64,000 nt of DNA, from positions 1,488,001 to 1,552,000 of the forward strand of contig OZ025785.1 of the NCBI GenBank assembly GCA_964019425.1, written 5' to 3'. Both the position numbers and the translations under genes were made by a program. Shown here in pieces: positions 11,026-22,328 of the stretch; within the stretch, counting starts at the first letter, position 1; every line of letters starts with the position of its first letter. The DNA comes from Flectonema sp. DT1601. Taxonomy: Eukaryota. Under the pieces are notes generated by a model, which searched no databases, was not told where the DNA came from, and saw only the letters and a program-made list of their open reading frames with translations.

Positions 11026-11565
11026 ATGGGATGCTCACACTCGTCTTCGAGGCTATCTCGGAAGGGTAACACCACAACACCGACTATAAGAGTGCCATTT
11101 GGTGCGAGTAGTAAACCACAACAAGGGAATAAGAAGATTCAGAAAAATGAAGTACCTGAAAACAACAATCCGACGTCAGATTCGACGCTTGATAACTACT
11201 TATGTAGGGGTCAGAGGTACTTAGCAAAGGGAAGACAGAATGATGCTTTTGATATGTTCTGTATGGCGAGGGATATCCTTGAAGAGACTACACCTGATAG
11301 TCTTGACTTAGCAAGTGTCTATTATGAATTGGGAAGAATGTTAATGGCGAAGAATCAAAATAACGCAGGCACAACTCAACTTAAAAAAGCCCTTCTAATA
11401 CTAGAAGACGTTCCCCCTTGTCATGAAGCAGCTCAGGTGCTAAATATTTTATCAAAATCTCCAACAGTTTCTATACTACAATCAAAGCAGTACAGACAAC
11501 GTGCTGCAGATATAGTCAATGAGTTGCAAGGCTCTGAACAAGATGAGGAAGAGCAAAAAGAATAA
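11026..11565 (+). CDS. Small TPR-like protein with an N-terminal MGC..S dual-acylation motif
   Basis: The first true ATG at 11026 gives MGCSHSSS (Gly2 myristoylation, Cys3 palmitoylation, Ser6). Helical TPR-like repeats such as LASVYYELGRMLMAKNQ...LKKALLI. Confidence 0.75.
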   Translation: MGCSHSSSRLSRKGNTTTPTIRVPFGASSKPQQGNKKIQKNEVPENNNPTSDSTLDNYLCRGQRYLAKGRQNDAFDMFCMARDILEETTPDSLDLASVYYELGRMLMAKNQNNAGTTQLKKALLILEDVPPCHEAAQVLNILSKSPTVSILQSKQYRQRAADIVNELQGSEQDEEEQKE

Positions 11566-12229
11566 ATAAAAGAAAAAGATAGCATTTACCTACTATTCCT
11601 CTCTTTGTTTTTTTTTTTTTTTTTTTTTAATATTATGATTCTTTTGTTACACCCTTTTTTTTTTTTTTTTTTTTTTTTTTCGCCGTCCTCCGAATAGCTA
11701 AATCATTGTTATGTATTATATTAGTTTTCGTTTTTTTTTTCCTTTTTTTTTTTTTTTCCTTCTCACTCGTCCCCTTTAAAAAATTAACTTAAAAAAAAGG
11801 AAAATTGCTTATGCTTCTCCCTTTATAGAGCCACTCGGAGAGCTACCATCTTTTTTTTTAATAAAGATATGCACCGTACGGTAGCTCACAATCTAAAAAC
11901 CTTCTTAAAGCCATTCTGGTGGTGACAGATTTTTTTTTTTTTTTTTCTATTAAAAGTTCGTTAGTTAAATTTCTTTTTATCCATCCATAAAATAATCTCT
12001 TTTTTTTTTTAATCACGAACGTGAAAAAAAACTTTGGAGGAAAAAAAAAAAAAAAAATAATAACATATCTTAACTGTGACTATACTATTGTGGATGTTGT
12101 TGTAGCTTTGAGTTGGGTTTTTTTTTTTTTTTTTTTTTTTTTGTACAGGAAAATGAATTGAAAACCATGTGAAGTAAGAATGTAATGTGCACCACCTGTT
12201 ATATTAATCACATCATTTATTACAGGTAC

Positions 12230-15200
12230 ATGCAAAATGAAAAAACCAGAGCTGTACCGTCTGGAGGAAACACCGCCGTGGTGCTGTCGTCACCAGGCTA
12301 CCGATCAGCTGCTGCATGTGCCGATCCTTATTTAGAGAAAGACGCACTTCGAATAACATCTTTATTGTCGTCATCAGGTTTCACTGTCCATTTACTTCTT
12401 GGAGATGCAGCCACAGCTACTCAATTCTTAGCAGTTTTAAGTGCTATTGCAAAAGGTAAGTCTTCAGATAAAATTTTGGTTTTTATATTTGCACCTGGCA
12501 GGATAAACAGTAAGGGAGATCACTGTCTATTGTTATACAACTCAACTCTAAGAGATGAGAATACTTGGCTTCGCATGAATGACATTGGAGTTGCTTTTAA
12601 TAAGTTACGATCCTCACTTCGAATAGCATTTATTTTATCTCTAGATATTGCTGCTTCTCCTGTTGCTGCTGCTCGTGTTGCTCAAAGGAAGAGATTTCCA
12701 TCAGCTGTACCTAAAGGGACATCTTGTGGGTTTGTTCAGATTTTAACTAGAAATGGAAAACATCATTCACTTACTTCTGGGATAGCTCCAGCTATTACTC
12801 ATGGGATTATTATTGCATTGTCTGGTCATCGTATTAGAAGACGTACTATCAGACTAAAGCATCTCATTGAACTCTTGCAGTCGAGAGGTTTACAAGATCT
12901 CAGACTACCACATCAAAGAGATGCAGAGTTAGTTATTGTTGACTCCCCTCAAGGACATGAAAAGTTTCCAACTGCTAGTTCACCGTCGCATGCCAACGGG
13001 AATGGAATCTCTGGAGCATTAGTGGCCTCCGCTGTAATTAATTTTGTAATTATCGATGCGCCCACAACAAACATCGTCGGACTAAACAAGTTCGGAGCTT
13101 CCTTCGCAAAGAATGCCTGCGCTGAGATGGCTGGCATCAGTCCAGATTACCTTTCATCTGTACCAGTTCTTCCAATGGGACCAAGTCATGGTGAACATTG
13201 GGTAGTCTCAACAAGAAGTAGTGAAGCGGAGACGTTATTGCTTTCAATTTGTAGAGTTCACGAGTCGGTTACTTTAGTAAAGTGTTGGGATGTCAGTGAC
13301 GGTACACTCGCTCTCTGGTTCGCTTCCGATTCAGGGATAAAATCAAAGATCCGATTCGCTGGTATAACCGGACCATTTACCCTCGGAAGTGCTCGGGTAG
13401 ATATGTCACCCGACATCTTATATCAACTGGAGAGTACTGTTCGTGACTCATGGCCAGTATGCCCTCCAATGCCTGCTAATAGTGGCATACCTGAAGTTTG
13501 CTTATTAACTCTCAGCAGGTATGATGTGTCTTTGAAAGATTTGGGTCCTTCAGTACAAAAGACTTCTGCTGCTGAACTTGTCAACAAGTTGGAATCAAAA
13601 GATTCACAACCGACTCTATTAGTTCAAAACAATGGTATTAAATGTTCTTCATTTACGTTGAAACCTCCGCAAATCGACACCAGGAGTTCTTCTGAACGCA
13701 GAAAAGAGTTAGAGACTTACGCAGCTAAGTTACTAGAAAACAGTCACATCGAAGTTGAAGAAGTTTCCAGCGAACCCAGCGATGAGGAGGATGACGAACC
13801 CGACCCAAAACCAACAATAAGGAAAAGAGTGCAACTCTCACCACCACTTGGTAACTCTCCTCTTGGGAATTCTCAAAACAATGTTTATACTCCATTGTTC
13901 ACTCCAATACAACATACTGCTTCAGGGATATTTGGGAACAGTTCTCCAAGTGGTACCTTAGAACCAGGAGGAGGGATCACAAACACGTCTAGCGGTAATA
14001 TTAGCAAACGATTTGAGACGAAGCAGGTGTTACCAAATTTTGGTGAAAAACAACCGAAATTAGACTTCTTAAAGATGGGTGATAAGATCAGTCTGATGTC
14101 TCTTTGTAGTGAAGAAGGATTACTGTCTTCACAATGGTATGGAGATGTGTGCTATCCTTGTACTAGAATATACTTCGGAAAGTCATCTATTCCTCGAAAT
14201 TTTGAAAATTGTTCATTTCAAATAGAACGTAGCACTGACGACATTCAATTTAGTAGTAAATCAAAAGGACACAATTCCTTGAATCACAACTTCGTTGCTT
14301 ACGGAGATGTCGTCAGACTCGTCAACGTTCTCTCAAGCCGAAACCTTTGCGTTCAACCAACAGGCAAACCAGAATCACCATATCGGTTAGCTTTATTACA
14401 CAAAGAAGATACAGTTGGAAGTGAAACATGTTTGTCCTTCAAATTCACACCAGCATCGAATATGAGAGTAGAAGGTGAGAAGGTCCGCGTAGGTGACAGC
14501 GTTGATATCGTTTCTTCTCTATCAAATTGTTTAGTTAGCGGAGCTCCAGGTAGTAGTTCTACACAACAGAGTAAGAGTAATGGAAAAGTACCTGAGAACA
14601 TGGCTCGATTAGTTCCGATTCAGAAAAACGTCGGAAAACGAGCATCAACAGATCGAAAGAGAAATAAAAACAGCAACTGGATGATCGGCGCCTACCACAT
14701 TCGTAATATAGACGACGCTGGCGATACCGGTAACGAAGATAATTTACATACAGGACATCCTGTTCTTCTATTTCATAAGGAGTCTGAAGGATTTCTAACT
14801 GCTGATGTTGAACTACCCGACAATCAGATCCCCTGTTTGAGTGGAGACCTTTCAAACAAAAGACCAGATAGAAATGTCGCCAAAGCCTTTGTATCTGACA
14901 CAGCTGAAAACCACACAATCTACTACGACATTCAAGAAAGTCGAAAAGAGTCGTCAACATATGTGGTTAGTGACTTTCCACACTCATCTAATGCTATATG
15001 GCTTATTGAAGGCATTGATCCAACACGGGGAGGTCCAGTTCATTGGTTACACCAAAGAAAAGCATACAGAATAAAACATGTTGCCACATCGGGTTATTTA
15101 TGTGTTTCGGAATCGCAGGTAGATAGAACTCCAAAGTTAACGATCGTCAACTCACCTGATAACTGTCATACTGTAGTAGTATTTTATCCTGTCAATGCTG

Positions 15201-18200
15201 TTATAGGAACACCAGAAGAGGCTGGAATGCTTGTGACAAGTTCTTATTGTAGAATTCAATTTGCACATTCTCGTCTGTGGTTACATATTGACGGTAATCA
15301 CGGTGACACACTGGGATCATCAGCGACATCTGCTGTTACAAGAGCAGTAAAAGTATCGGTACAGCCAACCTATGATGCAGTCTTTGCGATACGACTTGGA
15401 TCTAAATTGGAATTTGAAAAACTGACATCAATATGTTCAATGAGACGTGATCTCGGAAAGTGTATCAGTAGTTGGATTATCGGATCTTTAACTGGAAGAA
15501 AACCAGCTTATAAGAATCGTAAAGAAACCCTTCCTTCACTTATAAGACGTGAATCATCTGGCTCTTGGAGAAGAGACAGTCTGGATACCTTTCCGAAGAT
15601 AATTGAAGACACTACAGATATCCTAACAAACTTAATAATGTTCGGATGTATGACTGGTGATCAAAAAGAAGAATTGCAGGACTCAGCATCTCTTGATCCG
15701 TTTTCTTTCCATAGTGCGGCAGATCCTGATAAACAGCACATGTTATTCAGTCAGAATATCCATTTGTGGGTTCTCAAAGCAATTCAAGTTCCCTTTCAAA
15801 TGAATGAGTCAAACAGTCCTGACCAATCTCCAAGCAGCCGAAAAGACGATGAAACTTTATTCGATCCTTCAATTACTCACATTTATAAACTTTGTTATCA
15901 TTTATTGAAGGAGATGGTTCGTGGACAACCTGCTTTAGCTTTGCGATTATCTCCGTTTATTCCTTTTATTGAGAGTCAACTTTCTTATGATATAAATGCA
16001 ATGCATACTTTAGTACAAATATATAAAGGTAACTATCGGTTGTTATGTGGATTGTCAACTGGACAGTTGGAGTCGTACATGCGACCAAGTCCTTTCTTGG
16101 AACTGCTATCGTGTTCGTGTGTCAGCAGCACCGTCGACGATGTCGAAAGTGGCATCCAACGAAATCAGAATATCATAATGTCTCTTCTTGAGAAGTACAG
16201 TATTGTATTTCCAACTAGGACGCATAAAGGTCAAATATGGATTAAACCATCAAAAGAGTTACTTTCAAGAAAACCAAACCCAAATCCTCGATCAAACAAG
16301 AAACACGCTCACAAGGAAAGGAAATTTTCTTTTGGTAGTATTCCTGTTCATAAATCGTTTAAGCATGTTAAAGGTAAAATGATGGAAATTGTCAGAAGTG
16401 ACAGTTCATCAGGCAGTGACTCCTCTGTAATTGACTCGGCTGAAGAAACAGATGACGATGTTCAATTCTCGTCTGATGATGAAGATATTAATGAACTCCT
16501 AAAGAGAGCACCACCACCATCACCACCACCTCGAAGAGGTTCAAAAGAATTACTTATCAATCATAACAATGTTCCTACAGATGATGACTCCGACATGGGT
16601 TCATCTCCACCAATTGATACGTCTCAACGACAGGGTTGGAAAGTTGTGAATTATTTCATTACTCACGATAACATTCGTTATATAAATCACTTTCAAGGTA
16701 CTCTTATGCTATTCTCAATGCTTTGTGTTGATTGTGATCCTGCGACACGTTCAAAGGTTTCGAAAGAGATATCCTTTAAGGAAGCTCTCATTGGTATTTT
16801 TATGGATTTCAAATCCCCAGAGTGCGACAGCATCAGAACAGCGTATGCCACTATTGCGAGGTATTTATATATTTATCCAGCGAGACTTGTTGTTGGGAGT
16901 CCACCACAGAGAATTCAACGAGTCAACATCCAACTTGATGGTGATTCTCATAACAGCAATTCAAGTAAACCTGACTCACAAAAACAAAAACCGGATTCTC
17001 AGTTAAGAAGTCTGTTACGCAACACAGCAGCATCACCAACATCATCTGAGGGAAGCCCTCGTGAAAGCAAACGAGACGGAAACATCAGAGCACTAAAAGG
17101 AATATTATCTCAGATACTAAAAGAAAATCAGATTCAGGTCACTGAATGCACTCAAAGAAATGCACTTTTGACTGAAGTTTTCAAATTAATTTTAGAAATG
17201 CTACGGGGCGGACTCTACAAACCAAGTGAAATAAAAGACTTGCTTCCATCTGTACTTGGCTTACTGGACCCGGCAACTGATGTAGTGGCTTGTAAAGACG
17301 TTGATAATCCGCCTTATAAAATTCAACTAGGCAGGAAAATGCTTCGACACTCATCGATGTGGTTGAGTTCGGTTTTGATGAAGAGCAAAATGAGTAGGAA
17401 ATCGGTTTGGCAGAGGAGTCCAACGAAGAAGAATCTCAATAGAACTTTTCCTTCGATAAAAAGAAAACAAGCACAGACACTTGATTCTTCTACAGCACCA
17501 ACTTGTAGTAAGTTTGACTACAATGAAATGTCAACCCTAGTTATGCAAACTAAAACAGAAGCATGCCGACTTCTAACAACTGTAATAAATAATGAAAACG
17601 TCGAAGGGTACAATTTCAGAAGATGGATGTCTGAGATTGAAATTAACGGAGTTAGAGGCTACACTCTTCTTTCGAATATCCTTCTTGAAGTTACTCTTTA
17701 TCAAGGGAGTACAGTTTTATTTACTACAGCACTCGATACTCTTTATAGAGCTTTATCTGAAACTCTCGGAAGGAATGTAAATGGAAGTCGCATAGAACAC
17801 GTCTCTGAAGTCGATCAGTCTTCAGTTGACGCAATGGCTCGACTCCTGAGTGGTAATATTACTGAACCGCGAGCAGGTGTGAAGCCCCCAACGAAGATCA
17901 CTAATTTGTTCAAACACCTTCGGGAGGTTTCTAAAGCTGATCACCTCTGTGTGGCGCTATTAAGAACCTTCACAACGGTCTTGAAATTTGCTTCCGAGAA
18001 TGAGATTACTTGCGCTGATGGTGAGCCGCTGTCTCTGATTCGATGCCAAAATGCTCTCAACAAGTTGGGATTCACCATTGACTTGGCGATCCTCATCGAA
18101 GGCAATCCCGATGGAGAAGTCGTACGTCACGCTCTAGAGTGTGGTACTGCAATGTTGGAAGGTGGAAACAAACATGTTCAGGAGTCACTTTATAATTACT

Positions 18201-21200
18201 TTCTCGCGAGGGACGATGAAGTGCTGTTCTTGAAACTCATCAACAGGCTACGAACTGCAATGACATTTGTAGCTGACGTTGAGCAAGGAGGAACTTATCA
18301 GAGAACTCGAAGGCAGAGTATCCGTCTTAAGAAACCTCCACTTACACCATTGTTACCACGAGGTGACGCTCCTTCATTCCCTTCAGCCTCTTTGTCATTT
18401 GGTACTAGCAGCACAGCCAGCAGACGTCGTGGTGACGGAATTCTTGCAGCAAATGTTTCCTTTTTACTCAGCGGTAAGGATTTGATGAGCCAACTGGATG
18501 CCAACATCGATTATCAAAAGATTGATTATTACAAATCAAAGAACCTCTTTCATACGAGAGAAGTGATGAGGTATCTTCAACTGTTTTGTGAAGGACACAA
18601 TACAAAACTTCAAAACTACCTCAGAGTTCAGGGAGATAACGTACACTCGTTTAACTTAGTAAGCGAGTCATTGACGTTCTTGGAATGTATTTTACAAGTC
18701 GAGCATATGGATGAGTTCATGGCTGGAGTGGTGTTACAAACATTTGACTCACTAACAGAATACTGTCAAGGTCCTGTACCAGAGAATCAAGTGACATTAG
18801 TAAATGGAGGTGTCTGTTTGGCAGTGACTGCTGCGTTTCAAGGTCCGAGTGATGGAGGAGTTGACTTTTCAATTGTTCAAAATACAACACCAGAATTAGT
18901 TGAAAAGATCCGAACAGCAGCAGTCGCAACAGTCTTATCTCTACTAGAGGGAGTAACAGATAAAGCGATAGCTGAGAAGATGCTGTCTCAACATAGTAAT
19001 GTTGGTCTTGATGTTAATGTTTTCAGATCAGCTCTTGCAGATGTTTGTGAAATACGTCAGCTTGCTGAAGCTAATGAAGACACTGGTATGTTGGAATACG
19101 CGCTAGAACTCGGATTCTCAATTTATATTCTGTTTAAAACTCTCCATGCTTACATCGATCCATCCGTCAAGGACTTTGTTGATGATGTTGAAGGCACTTC
19201 CTACTTCGCTGAGCGAACTGGTCGCATTGAAATCTGTCGAGGGATTGATCTTGAAAGAGTTTATTTCAGAATACCTGAAATTTGTGTCGATCCCGGACTG
19301 AGTAACCGAACGAAGTACCAATTGCTTTGGTCAGTTAGAAGAAATACACCTTCTGAAAGAATAGTTGATTTCTTTGAGAAGGGTGACTACCTGGTTTATG
19401 AAGTAGAGTACACTGAGAAATGGTTTCAAAGAAACGAGTCTGTGCCTACGATGTTACTTCAGATATTAACGTCGTCAAAGTTTAGAGGAAAGTCATGTCG
19501 GACTTTGTGTCGAAGGTTTGGAGGGACTACAGAAATCACAATGGTTTACTTAGCGATATTTGTAAACTTTTTAATAATCTGTCAAGATTCTGGGATGGGA
19601 AAATTAGACATCAGTATCCAAATAGTAGCTGGACTTCAAATAGCCCTCCTGTCGATTTCATTGGCATCCTTCTCTGTTACTGAAGTTCCTCAGTTGGCTT
19701 ATCGGAGGTACAGAGAGTTAGTTAAGAAGAGAAAGTTTTTACAACAAAGTGCTATGGCTACTCAACAATTCAATACAATGTATGATAAGATGTTAGCACT
19801 TCAGGAAAGAAGTAATTCAATCACCGCTACTGAGAGTAGCGATGAAGAATGCTCATCCGAAAGTGAAATCTTAGAAACCGAAGTCATCAAACAAGAAGTT
19901 AAACATGATACCCCACCTCCACCTCCACATCAAGTTACATTCTTAAACTCTGTTAAGGCTTTCTTAAAAGTCGATCCTCGTATATTCTTAAAGGCAGTTC
20001 ATAACTACATCCTTGAAGCAGAAGATCCCGAAGAAAACCCTGCCAAAGCAACCATTCAAATATGCATAACAACCCCAACGTTCTACTACTACGGTATTAT
20101 GATGATTTTTGCTCTTGCTGGATTCTTTATTGAACCTCTATTCTTGTCTGTTCATCTAATTAGCATTGCTCGTGCTTCAGACGTGTTGCATAATGTAATC
20201 CGTGCAGTTACTCAGAATGGAAAGGCACTAATATTGACGTGTATCTTGGGAATGGTTGTTATTTATTTGTTTTCTGTCGTCGCTTATATTTTCTTTCAAG
20301 ATGCGCTTAGGAATTCTGAAGGTGACCGGGTCTGTGATAGCCTTATTCATTGCTTTATGTATGCTCTTACTCACGGCGTGAGGAGTGACGGAGGTCTTGG
20401 TGATCACATGGCTGACCCACACTGGTCAAGTGGATTCTATGGAATGCAAATGGCATTTGAAGTGTTGTTCTTCGTGTTAGTAATTGTTATCTTACTTAAC
20501 ATTATCTTTGGTATTATTATTGATACTTTTGCTGAACTTCGTTCACAAAGACAATCTGTTGAAGAAGACATCCGCACCAAGTGTTTTATTTGTGGAATTG
20601 AATCATCCGAGTTTGATCGCCATGCGGAAGGCTTCCAACGTCACATCAAAGAAGATCATAACATGTGGAATTACGTCTTCTTTTTACATCATCTTCGTTT
20701 GAGAGACACGTCTGAATACACCGGACAAGAATCCTACGTCGCTGAGAAAGTCAAACACAGCGATCTATCATTCTTCCCGCTCAACAAAGCGCTAGCTGTT
20801 GATCACAAAAAACAAGAAGAAGACGGTATGTAATATTGTTTTGTGTGATAGTACTTCCTACTATTTGTTAGGTACATAAAAAATAATAATAAACAGAAAT
20901 GGTAGAACACATGCACAGCCAAGACGTTATGAGACAACTGGAAGAATTAGATGTCAGGGTATGTGAATGGTTGTTGCGGTGATTTAACAATCAAAATAAT
21001 AAAATAAAATAAAAACAGTTGGGAGAAAGTATGGCAATTAGCAGTAAGGATGTTCAGGACATTAGAAACCAACTAGGAGAGGTCAGCAGGCTACTGCGAG
21101 ACGTGTCGTCATCAGTGCATCAACACAAAGGAATTGAAGGAAAGAAAGCAAGTAGTAGACACAGTTTACTAACACCAGCGACATCCGGACAACTGTCGTT

Positions 21201-21258
21201 TGCGATATCGAGGAGAGACCATAACAGTCAGTTTGGAGGTAGTTTTGCCTTCACATAA
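12230..21258 (+). CDS. ITPR: Inositol 1,4,5-trisphosphate receptor-type Ca2+ release channel with an N-terminal caspase-like extension; exons 12230-20825, 20897-20958, 21019-21258
   Basis: MIR-type motifs (VAYGDVVRLVNVLS, GEKVRVGD, YRIKHVATSGYL), RIH-associated motifs (RYLQLFCEGHN.KLQNYLRVQ, LTEYCQGP), LERVYFRIP, TM helices, pore GVRSDGGLGD, LLNIIFGIIIDTFAELR, and the C2H2 motif CFICG...HIKEDHNMWNY. Two GTATGT..ACAG introns extend the C-terminal coiled coil in frame. ATG 12230 follows an AG at 12225; in-frame ATG 12185 is an alternative start. Confidence 0.95.
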
Positions 21259-21720
21259 AATAACTCTTTTATATTGGGGATTGAAACGGTTTTCTTCCTC
21301 AAAAATATCATTTGTGCTAACGTTGAGCATCACTTTTAAATTTTATTTTTTAAATCTGATATTTCTATTTCAACATAATTAATGATGTATCATAGCAATG
21401 ACCCTGTCAATGTTTTTCGAAAAAAAAAAGAAGAAAAAAAAAAACACACTTCCAGACGCACGTAGAAAAACTTATTGTATAACTTTTTTTTATTTTCCCA
21501 TTTTTCCCTTATTCCTTTTTTTTAGAATTTTATTTATTATATATTTTTCATAACTGTTTCTTATTCATAGTTTTACAGCATTAATAGGTAACATGTCGTA
21601 CTTAGTAGCATGTTGTCAACCAATTCACTCTCTTGAATTCACAACAGCTGTACAACTAGGAAACAGCCTTGTTGAAGAAAGCACGACGGTCTAATTTCGA
21701 AAGTACGTGCTTGGATTATG

Positions 21721-21758
<38 letters not shown>

Positions 21759-22328
21759 ACGCTGGTCATACATTTGAATCATACATTGTCACAGGAGTCT
21801 CTTTAGTTACTGATTTTGAATTTTTTTTTTTTGATTTTCTTTTTGTTGTTGTATCGACATCCGTGTTGGAGAAGAAACTGTTCAGAGATTAAAAGCCGAT
21901 ATAACTTATCTTCCTTGCGACAAGATAATCCTGTCTGACCGCGTTCAACGAAATAAAAGGCTATAATCTGAATTTTTTTTTTTTTCAAATAATTTTTTTT
22001 AGCATTTTAATTCAACTCTTGCAGCAAAAAAAAAAAAAAAAAAAAAACATAAATAATAATAAAAAAAAAAAAAAAAAAGTCATGCTTTTTTTGTGCAGTT
22101 TAAAAACATCACGACGACTTTTTTTTTTCTTTTTTTCTTCCTATTTGTTATGATATTTGTTTTTTTTTTTTTTTTTCCTTCTTCAATATTAATCATCAAA
22201 TCCCTTTTTTTGTTGTATGGAGACAAATTGTATTGGTTTTTATTTTTTTATTTTTTTCTTCTTCTTACAACTACAACTGATATTCATCGTTATTTTATTA
22301 TTTATATTCACTCAAACAGTGTGAGGGG

